This document shows, in pieces, positions 10,301 to 16,196 of a stretch of DNA of 26,299 nt (position 1 is its first letter; the number at the start of each line of letters is the position of its first letter). The notes beneath the pieces were generated by a model. The model saw nothing but the letters and a program-made list of their open reading frames with translations, had not been told where the DNA came from and made no database searches. The position numbers and the translations under genes were made by a program. This DNA is from a virus (lineage: Duplodnaviria; Caudoviricetes): IMG/VR virus record IMGVR_UViG_3300023116_000290, positions 1 through 26,299 of that record; one strand, 5' to 3'.

Positions 10301-10427
10301 TAAAGGGTCTGGTTAATGAGTTACCCTGATTCTCAATACTATCAGTTGCATCTAAATCAGTTGGGTTTACATAGAGGATGTTACCTTCAACATTCTTCAG
10401 GAAATTCTCTAGTCTACTTAAAGGCAT
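4350..10427 (-). CDS. Giant tail fibre/spike protein with C-terminal Peptidase_S74 intramolecular chaperone (2025 aa)
   Basis: Cyanophage-type N-terminus MPLSRLENFLKN...PFKTLQRALLEAARFSY. C-terminal SSDERLKTNI...GVIAQDVEKVLPELV...VDYGKLTAVLIEAIKEQQ (about 4350-4637) is the S74 self-cleaving chaperone. Confidence 0.9.
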   Translation of the reverse strand: MPLSRLENFLKNVEGNILYVNPTDLDATDSIENQGNSLTRPFKTLQRALLEAARFSYQIGQNNDKFDRTTILLYPGTHEIDNRPGYNVTDSGGTAVYRDRNGNSQTLTQLTDESNYNLDDAGNDLYKYNSVEGGVVVPRGVSIVGLDLRKTKVRPKFVPDPTDDSVARTSIFRVTGGCYFWQFSIFDGDPIGSVYRDYTANRYSPTFSHHKLTVFEYADGVNGVGVGTSSTTTDLSMYFHKIQRAYGDSSGRAIGDWPSTTDMQPKLPEYQIVGPVVQDNVGINSLRAGAGSKTNTSTTITVDCSAAHGLVVDSPVRIAGVNTYPNIYNGNFVVSGVSSDRIFTYQSSSAPLDGLPELDGDEVVIADTDSVTGASPYIFNCSLRSSYGMCGLHADGSKATGFKSMVVAQYTGIGLQKDNNAFLHYNATTGQYDTNATVADSEKPLYLNSDAIYRPSYENFHIKCSNDAFLQNVSVFAIGFAQHFVSENGGDESITNSNSNFGAKSLISKGFRDSSFGRDNRGFVTHIVPPQNLVKNDTTVEWLAINVGLTTAPVGVGTTAKIFLDGFSDSDIAPPNIVDGYRIGARSSTSNPDLLNVSIAGVGTFSTPIRMINFDGTEGVVGKKEYEVGRTGTASSISSNTITLKSDHKLFAGESVRVFSDDGHLPDGIENGVIYYAVTNQSQNESLNDDQIKLARTENDAILGGSGNFITINNNQGGLLKIVSRVSDKIPGDYGHPIQYDESNNNWYVRAGISTSENTLWTKIVDNQDSIGARTNKTFIKRKEDNRALGDKIYKLRYVIPKESSDARPPIPGYAIQESETVGVTTSTDFTNNIPNVNVQRNIKILKSIDRDSNTGVTTVVSEKPHNFIIGDTVQFNKVKSTGNPTGIGNSGYNISRTIVGITSSKGFEVNFTENDPGTFVSDVSTRGPNLPTISRKSYKDTLTVYRVETLRAHEYNKQDGVYHLICIDSSISPTVNEFTDARFNQNIENLYPQFDGDNFTMDPLHAASFAVNEPIGKVVTNKLTNSITKEMSNNFIVGNRIGYAVTGALGSSQGISTVFTNVQHNLNSIISVGIGSSGLNYGAGIATTLYNATLSYAGVSTGEGATANIAIDANGGITSITIVDGGSAYGVGHTLNVTGVQTDTGYVEGWVTVNKINDNIGDAIQIVGVGSETNRYDSGFNGIHTITALTPRSVSYNNGVNAGIYTATTVGIHTGFFMLSGDAPGITTINYTNKTTGIVTVTTAYPHGLNVNNTFKIVGAAQTIYNGEFVVNERVGVNTFTFKFTEEFDTDAYVSGGQVLPIAYGARGGLTQAGNERIGQRHVPFVVGIGTTLGASGLTTTTTTLTLSDSSGFYKGDYLQIDSEIIRIASDFSSDAATVLRGQLGSRSASHDGTSVAKKIRVVPVEKRRYSIIRASGHTFEYLGYGPGNYSTGLPQKQARVLTREEQFLSQSKQDNGGSVVYTGMNDAGDFYIGNKRVSSIDGTEQTFNVPVPTTTGSDVTTDATSGRLDVIFDSVNIRESLVVDGLNNTTIKLNAPTQISEKLTSTSTDGVEVVSLDITGGLTQPRTLTYSSSQPVDAGTEGDIIFNSSPTFGQYAGWIYTQQGWKRWGFVSTEVDANQLSVDQVGIGSTSAGRLGTQDGIDVRGQIVGDNHLITGIATFLGSTSFNDITFLQSRTGIGTVTTELNVTGDAVLSGITTIDDGRFVDIQVSAGATFNGNTDIGNATSDTLTITSRVDSRIDPASDATYDLGAGANRWRNIVASGVCSATSFVGDGANLTNTGATLSAASGSQRLVLTSLTSGTMTTAATEAALAYNASTNTLTAGTFSGSGASLNSIPNSATTATTSNTGSTIVSRDSSGNFSAGTITASLTGNVTGNATSADTVDTTATSSNATYYINFVDSSSSTAGETIRMSSTLTYNPSTQQFTNSSDERLKTNIVGITGAVEKVQQLRGVEFDWISSGHHSVGVIAQDVEKVLPELVATRDDGMKGVDYGKLTAVLIEAIKEQQVQINELKSRLDELTK
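4351..4357 (-). promoter_or_regulatory. Putative T4-type late promoter (CTAAATA) for the 520-aa gene
   Basis: Overlaps the stop of the giant fibre, about 55 nt before ATG 4296. Matches the TAAATA core of gp55-dependent promoters. Confidence 0.5.
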
Positions 10428-10464
10428 TTCGCTATCCTGCGGCGTACAAGATTTCTTCTCCTTA

Positions 10465-10471
10465 TATTTAG
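10465..10471 (-). promoter_or_regulatory. Putative T4-type late promoter (CTAAATA) for the fibre cassette
   Basis: Intergenic, between tRNA-Pro and ATG 10427. Confidence 0.65.
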
Positions 10472-10483
10472 ACGTTTACAATA

Positions 10484-10557
10484 TCGGGGCGACAGGATTC
10501 GAACCTACGACTTCTGCTTCCCAAAAGCAGCGCTCTACCAAACTGAGCTACGCCCCG
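10484..10557 (-). tRNA. trnP: tRNA-Pro (anticodon TGG)
   Basis: CGGGGCG/CGCCCCG acceptor stem with A73, CTGCT-TTTGGGA-AGCAG anticodon arm, GTAGG-TTCGAAT-CCTGT T arm. No encoded CCA. Confidence 0.96.
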
Positions 10558-10634
10558 TGGAGCCACAAGTCGGACTTGAACCGACGACCTACGGTTTACA
10601 AAACCGTTGCTCTATCCAGCTGAGCTATAGTGGC
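10558..10634 (-). tRNA. trnT: tRNA-Thr (anticodon TGT), CCA encoded
   Basis: GCCACTA...TTGTGGC-T-CCA acceptor (one U-U mismatch), ACGGT-TTTGTAA-ACCGT anticodon arm, GTCGG-TTCAAGT-CCGAC T arm. Confidence 0.95.
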
Positions 10635-10700
10635 AAGTGGGTCATAAGACCCAGGGGAGGGGATCCCGACCAGGGCGCTTTTAAAGTCATCCCGAGACTA
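10635..10700 (-). ncRNA. Structured inter-tRNA element, possibly related to the manA RNA motif
   Basis: Hairpins AGTC-TCGGGAT-GACT and TGGGTC-TTAT-GACCCA; TCGGGAT occurs twice and CCCTGG occurs twice. The manA link is from recollection only. Confidence 0.35.
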
Positions 10701-10773
10701 TACCCGTGGTCGGATTCGAACCGACACTGGAAGGATTTTAAGTCCTCTGTCTCTGCCGTTGGACTACACGGGC
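10701..10773 (-). tRNA. trnL: tRNA-Leu (anticodon TAA), short variable loop
   Basis: GCCCGTG/CACGGGT acceptor with A73, GAGGA-CTTAAAA-TCCTT anticodon arm, GTCGG-TTCGAAT-CCGAC T arm. 73 nt. Confidence 0.92.
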
Positions 10774-10780
10774 AGAAAAC

Positions 10781-10960
10781 TCAGAACAAACTAAGTTGAT
10801 CTTCGTTATTTAAGACGTATGTGGGAGGATGAAATGCACAATACTCATTGAATGTGATCTTCATCTCTTTCCAGGACAAACCACAGTTGGCTGCGGCTTG
10901 AGGAACGTTCCACTTTGCGGAGAACAACATCTCCATTGACTTACGGGTTTCTTGTCTCAT
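10781..10960 (-). CDS. Small hypothetical protein (59 aa) with HTH-like core and C-terminal QLSLF
   Basis: Start re-called at ATG 10960 (MRQETRKSMEMLF...), which reduces the overlap with the upstream ORF to 20 nt. Ends NNEDQLSLF. Confidence 0.7.
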   Translation of the reverse strand: MRQETRKSMEMLFSAKWNVPQAAANCGLSWKEMKITFNEYCAFHPPTYVLNNEDQLSLF

Positions 10961-11144
10961 CCTTGTTAAGTTTGAAATAAAGTTTATAGTACCGATTTTT
11001 GAGTTCGGCAAGGGTTTCCATGTCCTCTTTGAAACCCATATACTTGAGAAGGGTATGAGACCCTTCTAGTTCACTAATGAGACGTAATACGTTAATTGAA
11101 TTAACTTCATGACCACCGAAACGATATTTGTTATCAGTGGTCAT
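10941..11144 (-). CDS. Hypothetical protein (67 aa)
   Basis: Co-oriented, helical amphipathic sequence, starting immediately after tRNA-Gly. Confidence 0.7.
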   Translation of the reverse strand: MTTDNKYRFGGHEVNSINVLRLISELEGSHTLLKYMGFKEDMETLAELKNRYYKLYFKLNKDETRNP

Positions 11145-11145
11145 A

Positions 11146-11216
11146 AGCGGGTGACGAGGTTCGAACTCGTGACAGGAGCTTGGAAGGCTCGCATGTTACC
11201 ACTACACCACACCCGC
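11146..11216 (-). tRNA. trnG: tRNA-Gly (anticodon TCC)
   Basis: GCGGGTG/CACCCGC acceptor with U73, GAGC-CTTCCAA-GCTC anticodon arm (27:43 mismatch), ACGAG-TTCGAAC-CTCGT T arm. 71 nt, no CCA. Confidence 0.93.
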
Positions 11217-11414
11217 ATCTTGTGAAACGAGGGGATTTGCATAGGACACATCAACACCAAATTCATACGCGGCGTCAATAACATTCTGAACTTGATAGAA
11301 CTCTTCGATAGTATCGCAAAGAACTTCGCGTTCTTCACCAAGATTACTGGTGATGTAAAAACCACGGCGAGAAAGGTCGATAACCACTTTAGTTACAAAC
11401 TCTTCTTCGATCAT
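11202..11414 (-). CDS. Acidic hypothetical protein (70 aa); stop codon lies inside tRNA-Gly
   Basis: SD-like GAGGGGG 7 nt before the ATG, directly downstream of a sigma70-type promoter. Confidence 0.78.
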   Translation of the reverse strand: MIEEEFVTKVVIDLSRRGFYITSNLGEEREVLCDTIEEFYQVQNVIDAAYEFGVDVSYANPLVSQDAGVV

Positions 11415-11440
11415 TGGGTGTCCCCCTCGATTACCTATGT

Positions 11441-11469
11441 ATAATACCAGAGCCAGGGGTCACTGGCAA
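11441..11469 (-). promoter_or_regulatory. Sigma70-type (early) promoter for the tRNA/small-ORF operon
   Basis: TTGCCA (11469-11464), 17-nt spacer, TATTAT (11446-11441), preceded by a TG-n extended -10. Intergenic. Confidence 0.75.
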
Positions 11470-11479
11470 GGGGCTTGTG

Positions 11480-12289
11480 TCACCTGAGGAACAGGCTATT
11501 GTAGGTACTGTCAGTGAAGGCAGTGAGGATACCAACCAGTCTGTCACGTTCCTCACCCGCAAGAGTCTGGGCTCTCAGTTGACCCCATCTGGCAAGTTCC
11601 TCTTTCCATCGATCTTCTCTAATTTTATTAACCATACCAATATAGTGACCAATTTCACCTCTAAGAGTTGTAATTTCACCATCTTTTCTATCAATCTCAG
11701 TTTGAGTTGCAGAACAAGTATCAGAAGACCCAAGACTTACGCGATAACCAGCAATATAAGAAAGATTATCCTGAGTAACGAAAAGATAAGTGCCAATACC
11801 AGCACCAAACGTACTACTAGCATCTGTCAAAATTCCTGTCGTAACAGTAAATGGATTATATGATGTACTAGAGAATCCCCAAATATTTGTGGTAATGGTG
11901 TCATAATATTCTGTTGAATATCCAACAAGACATGTAGAAATACCACCAGCCCATCCACCATCAACACCACCATCGGTGCTCAATCCACAAGCACCACCAG
12001 GGCCAGTACTAGCGATACCACAATAGACTTCTGTGCTTGTTCCCACCGCAGTCTCTACAAGAGTGATGATTTCATCCTTGAGAAGATTGATAGACTGTCC
12101 GATGGATACAATCTTATTATCAATACCATTGATTACAGGAATATAAGAATCAATGAGTTCATTAGACTTATCAAGAAGTGGTTTTACAGATGACTCTGTA
12201 TTGATACCAAGAACTTGTTCTTCTCTCTTAATACGAACATCAATATCCTTTAAAAGATAATCTGTCCTGGCTTCGTTATTTTCTGGCAT
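11480..12289 (-). CDS. Hypothetical protein, probably virion-associated; coiled-coil ends with a G/T/C-rich centre (269 aa)
   Basis: Long ORF coupled by TGATG to the upstream gene; last gene of the hub operon. Confidence 0.7.
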   Translation of the reverse strand: MPENNEARTDYLLKDIDVRIKREEQVLGINTESSVKPLLDKSNELIDSYIPVINGIDNKIVSIGQSINLLKDEIITLVETAVGTSTEVYCGIASTGPGGACGLSTDGGVDGGWAGGISTCLVGYSTEYYDTITTNIWGFSSTSYNPFTVTTGILTDASSTFGAGIGTYLFVTQDNLSYIAGYRVSLGSSDTCSATQTEIDRKDGEITTLRGEIGHYIGMVNKIREDRWKEELARWGQLRAQTLAGEERDRLVGILTAFTDSTYNSLFLR

Positions 12290-13221
12290 CAGTCTTTCCT
12301 CCCATAATCATGACCAGAGATTGAATATTGTGTTGGATCTCCAGGATAGTCAGCGGGTGTTTCTCCATCATATTCAACAATCAATGGTTCACCATCGATT
12401 CTAGCAGCTTCAACTCTGTAGTAACAGTTGATTGTAGATCCTTGATTGTTCTTGACGATTACTTTCTTACCCCACTCAATCTTATCAACATATAACTCTT
12501 GATAAGAACCAATGGGAGTCAGATGAACAGAGATTGATTCAATATCAACCAATCCATCCCAATAATCTGGAAGTTCAATAACATTAGATCCTTTCAGAGT
12601 TCCTCTAATATAGATTGCAGCTTCTGGGCCTTCTACACAAATGTGTCGAATACGTTTATTTGGTTTCTTGGGATGTTTGATATCAAATCCCTTCCAAGAC
12701 TGAACATTGATATTTCCAGTAAAGTTGGTTGCAGTGATGTTACCAGCGTGAGTCCAGTTACCAGCTGTCTGCCTACTTGGCGTTGACTCATTGATACTTG
12801 GTTCCGATTTAATTGTTCCACCCGTCTCCACACTCTTTCCAATCTTGAGAAGAACATCAAGAAGAGTTGTAGTTCTATAGTGAAAAACAGGAGCAAACTT
12901 ATTTGTAATACCAAATCCATTCAGGATTCCGAAATGTTGTAACGCAATCGGCGAATAGATGTTGACACCGAGAGTTGGATGTAAAACATGCAACCCTGCA
13001 AGAGATGTTGGTCCTGAAGTCGGTGGATTAGGTCCAATAAAAACTGTTCCAAGTGGAGGAACTGCAAGAGGAGCAACACCAATCTGAACGGGTCCGTTAA
13101 GAATAGACAGACCACCAAGAAGTGATCCATCATAAGGTTTAGTTTGTACCTTTGTAATTCCCGCTGGCGCTTCACCACCGAGAACCATTCGGCTACCATG
13201 AATAGAAGGGTAAAATGCCAT
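12289..13221 (-). CDS. Spike/fibre-tip-like protein with C-terminal KxFDIxHP...EGPE...LPDYW domain (310 aa)
   Basis: KGFDIKHPKKPNKRIRHICVEGPEAAIYIRG...IELPDYW is a module I recognise from the C-termini of phage fibre proteins. Lies downstream of gp5. Confidence 0.65.
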   Translation of the reverse strand: MAFYPSIHGSRMVLGGEAPAGITKVQTKPYDGSLLGGLSILNGPVQIGVAPLAVPPLGTVFIGPNPPTSGPTSLAGLHVLHPTLGVNIYSPIALQHFGILNGFGITNKFAPVFHYRTTTLLDVLLKIGKSVETGGTIKSEPSINESTPSRQTAGNWTHAGNITATNFTGNINVQSWKGFDIKHPKKPNKRIRHICVEGPEAAIYIRGTLKGSNVIELPDYWDGLVDIESISVHLTPIGSYQELYVDKIEWGKKVIVKNNQGSTINCYYRVEAARIDGEPLIVEYDGETPADYPGDPTQYSISGHDYGRKD

Positions 13222-13223
13222 TA

Positions 13224-13814
13224 TTAAAAACCTAAGAAGTTTCTTGCGATAGAAGTAATTTTATTTAAGAGACTTGATCCACCAAAGTCTGCGGCAGATC
13301 CAACAGTGAGAAATCCAGCAATAACCTCACCATAAGCTTTACCAACCAGAGTAAAATCTTTTTTAGCCATCATTCTCAGTTGTCCAGCATCAAGTCTAAC
13401 ATCAGGTGCATCAACACGAATACCTTTATTAGCTTTGATTAGGATGTCACCATCACCGTCATCACGAGTACCATCAGCCTCAATCAGGATGTTATCAGCT
13501 TTCAGGATAATATTTCCATCTTCCGCGTTGAGAATAATGTCACCATGTTTTGCGTTGATAACTTTCGCAGGAACAAGAGGATCCTCTAGTGCAGTCTTAG
13601 ACTTTTTGATTTTATTACCAACAGCCTCTACAGACTTACCACTTGTAGTCTCTTGGATATCCTCTCCACTCTCACCATTATCATAAAATCCAAAGCTATT
13701 ACCATTCTTGGTAAGAACTCTGTAACTTAACCGACCATAGGGAGTATCTTGACCACCATCAATTCTATAATTCTTTTTATTTTCAAAATCTAGATCGTCT
13801 TTAATTTTTCCCAT
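13224..13814 (-). CDS. Gp5 C-terminal-like beta-repeat (needle) protein (196 aa)
   Basis: Repeats of about 8 residues (GDIILNAE, GNIILKAD, NILIEADG, GDILIKAN, GIRVDAPD). Coupled to gp5 by TAATG. Confidence 0.6.
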   Translation of the reverse strand: MGKIKDDLDFENKKNYRIDGGQDTPYGRLSYRVLTKNGNSFGFYDNGESGEDIQETTSGKSVEAVGNKIKKSKTALEDPLVPAKVINAKHGDIILNAEDGNIILKADNILIEADGTRDDGDGDILIKANKGIRVDAPDVRLDAGQLRMMAKKDFTLVGKAYGEVIAGFLTVGSAADFGGSSLLNKITSIARNFLGF

Positions 13815-15934
13815 TATCTTGATACGCAGTTAATAACTTGGACAACTTTACCTGGGTCAAGTGGTTGAGAGAGTTCGTCAACTCTGGTGAACTTGAGAAC
13901 TGGTCTAAAGGCTGCACCAACTCCAGTTTCACTATTTATTTCAATGTCTGGGAGCTCAGTGAATCCAAGTCCAGGATTAACAACCTCAACATCAACAACA
14001 TAACCATTATTGACGATTGGATTCAAGACAGCACCATTACCAACTGTAATTGTGTCTCCAGGATTATAACTGTTTCCTGGGTTCGTGACAATCACATCAT
14101 CAATTTGACCAACCAATTCTTCACCATCTACAGGCGTTCCAGGAATGGTTCCTTCGGTTGTAATCACATCACCAAAGTTATTGAGATAACCATATCCACC
14201 ATAATCAATCACAATTCGGTCGATACCACCATCAGCTCCAATGATTGCACGACCTCTTGCACCAGCTCCATTTCCACAAGCATCTTTGAATGTGACATAT
14301 GGTGGTCTCTCTGGTGAATACCCAAGTCCTCTCTCAATTACATCAGCACCAATGATGTCTCCAAGATTACTTACAACCGCATTGGCAAAACCACCAATAC
14401 CATCTCCACCAAAGATTTGAATAGTTGGTGGACCACAACGTAGAACACGAGTTTCACAACCACCAACCAGAGCTGCAACCTCAGCAGCACTTTGTTGTTG
14501 ACCTGGGGTCAGATTAAAGATACTACTGGTATTCTCACCAGCCTCATCTAAGAAACCACCAAGAGTTTGTTTTGGATTTCCATTCTCATCAAACGCGGTA
14601 GGAATATTGAGAAGTGAAATACTCTTGAAGATTTTGTTTGCATTATCGCGTTCTGATTGAGATGGTCCAAGTGTGTTATCCCATCTAGATGGTTGTGGGC
14701 ACTTGAACTCATCGCAACCAATGAAGTTGTAAATAAGACCAACGAAATTCAGAGCCTTGTCAATGATCTCATTTACCTTTCCAAGAGCACCACCAAGACT
14801 ACTACTCAGACTATTCAGAATTGGTGAAATTGCATCACTAATACCTTGACTGAGTTGATTTAAAAGACCACCAACAAACTGTTCTGCTGCACAGATTGGT
14901 GCATTGACCATCTTACCAACCAATGCAGATAAGAAGTCACTAACTGTCTTCAGTAGAGATTTGATCAGATTTTCAAAGATACAATAGATTGTATCCATGA
15001 TCTCTTTCAAACTCAAACCAAAAATGGGTTTGACTTCCTCTGGAAGAACACTGTTAATGAAGTTAGAAATTCTTTTCCCAATCTCAGCAAAGATCCAATC
15101 ACGAACACCATTGAAAAGACCTGTCATGATCTTTGCAATTTTAGAAGCGATAAGATCAATCTCACCCTGAAGATTTTGAAGAACTCCTGTTACACCATTC
15201 ACATAGAAGTTTGCATAGTTTTGTGCAGTGATGAGAATTTTGGAGAACTCATTAAGTTGATGAGTAATCTCACCAATCGCATTATCCCTCTTACATGTTG
15301 GTTTTGATGCACCTATAGCTAACTGATCATCACTAACTTCCGCAGCTTGAGATACAGATTCTTCTTTTTTCTCAGCACTCTTCTGGTTAAGAACTAATCT
15401 TACAGTTCCTCTCTGGTTGATAGAAATTTTTCGACCAGTTACAATTTCCGTCGTTCCTTTTGGTTTGAAAGTTCCATCAGGTTGTTGTTGTGCGTTTCCA
15501 TTCTTTAATGGAGCCTGTTTTCCTTGTGGTGGTGGACCAGCATCTTCAGCAGTAACGTGTCTATAGAAGACACCCATAATCACTGGTTTCTGTTCATCCT
15601 CACCGTCAGCCCAGAAACCAAAAACACTTTCACCACCACGCAACATGTGGTTTTGTTCTAGACCACCATAACCAGCTGCCATCATGGGAGATGCCATGAC
15701 GTTAGCCCAAGGTAAATCATAAGGGTTAGCAATCTGGTCATGATACCCAACCACTCTAACCTTTACACGGTTGTAGTATATTCCCTCTACTTTACCCTTA
15801 TTTTGTTTGTTACCATAGTCTTTGTCGTTATCGTAGTTTCCACCATCAGCCCAGGCAGATCGGGGAGCAACAACCCCGATCCACCATTTGACTTCAGATC
15901 CAAAGTTTACTGAACCTTCAAGTAGATCTACCAT
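13814..15934 (-). CDS. gp5: Baseplate hub subunit gp5 (OB-fold N-terminus, no recognisable lysozyme domain)
   Basis: WWIGVV...RVKVRVVGYH...DLPWA...GESVFGFWADGEDEQKPVIMG is the Gp5 OB-fold signature. Confidence 0.88.
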   Translation of the reverse strand: MVDLLEGSVNFGSEVKWWIGVVAPRSAWADGGNYDNDKDYGNKQNKGKVEGIYYNRVKVRVVGYHDQIANPYDLPWANVMASPMMAAGYGGLEQNHMLRGGESVFGFWADGEDEQKPVIMGVFYRHVTAEDAGPPPQGKQAPLKNGNAQQQPDGTFKPKGTTEIVTGRKISINQRGTVRLVLNQKSAEKKEESVSQAAEVSDDQLAIGASKPTCKRDNAIGEITHQLNEFSKILITAQNYANFYVNGVTGVLQNLQGEIDLIASKIAKIMTGLFNGVRDWIFAEIGKRISNFINSVLPEEVKPIFGLSLKEIMDTIYCIFENLIKSLLKTVSDFLSALVGKMVNAPICAAEQFVGGLLNQLSQGISDAISPILNSLSSSLGGALGKVNEIIDKALNFVGLIYNFIGCDEFKCPQPSRWDNTLGPSQSERDNANKIFKSISLLNIPTAFDENGNPKQTLGGFLDEAGENTSSIFNLTPGQQQSAAEVAALVGGCETRVLRCGPPTIQIFGGDGIGGFANAVVSNLGDIIGADVIERGLGYSPERPPYVTFKDACGNGAGARGRAIIGADGGIDRIVIDYGGYGYLNNFGDVITTEGTIPGTPVDGEELVGQIDDVIVTNPGNSYNPGDTITVGNGAVLNPIVNNGYVVDVEVVNPGLGFTELPDIEINSETGVGAAFRPVLKFTRVDELSQPLDPGKVVQVINCVSR

Positions 15935-15954
15935 CTATAAGACAAAGTTTTTTT

Positions 15955-15961
15955 TATTTAT
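15955..15961 (-). promoter_or_regulatory. Putative late promoter (ATAAATA) for gp5
   Basis: In the gap between cp12 and gp5, 20 nt before the ATG. Confidence 0.6.
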
Positions 15962-16173
15962 CAGTCGTCGTAGACCCTACACTCAGAAGCGTCAGGATGG
16001 GTGTCGCAATACAGCTCAAGTGGTGTGGGATCGTGTGTCTCACCAGGATGATTTTCTTTATATGCTTTCAGTGCTTCTAACTCTTCTTCAGTATGACGGC
16101 GCGACTGTGGTGAAATGGTAGGATCACTCAGAAGTTCCTCATCTTGCTGAATGTGCTTGTCGATGTTTTCCAT
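15961..16173 (-). CDS. cp12: CP12 Calvin-cycle regulator (phage auxiliary metabolic gene)
   Basis: C-terminal PTPLELYCDTHPDASECRVYDD has the CP12 Cys-X8-Cys pair. The N-terminal Cys pair and AWD_VEE core are absent, as in cyanophage CP12. Confidence 0.93.
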   Translation of the reverse strand: MENIDKHIQQDEELLSDPTISPQSRRHTEEELEALKAYKENHPGETHDPTPLELYCDTHPDASECRVYDD

Positions 16174-16196
16174 TGTTTTGTTTCGTATTGAACTAT

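Noticed and set aside
10961-11011. Upstream start (11011) given in the track for the QLSLF ORF
   Set aside because: It would overlap the preceding gene by about 70 nt; ATG 10960 is more plausible.
10484-11216. tRNAs as prophage attachment sites
   Set aside because: No integrase and no duplicated tRNA 3' ends; flanks on both sides are lytic T4-like genes.
10378-11365. ORFs 10378-10623, 10557-10799 and 11141-11365
   Set aside because: They are translations across tRNA genes or off-frame of a better-supported ORF.
11414-11863. 149-aa plus-strand ORF
   Set aside because: TTG start, antisense to the 269-aa gene and spanning the promoter.
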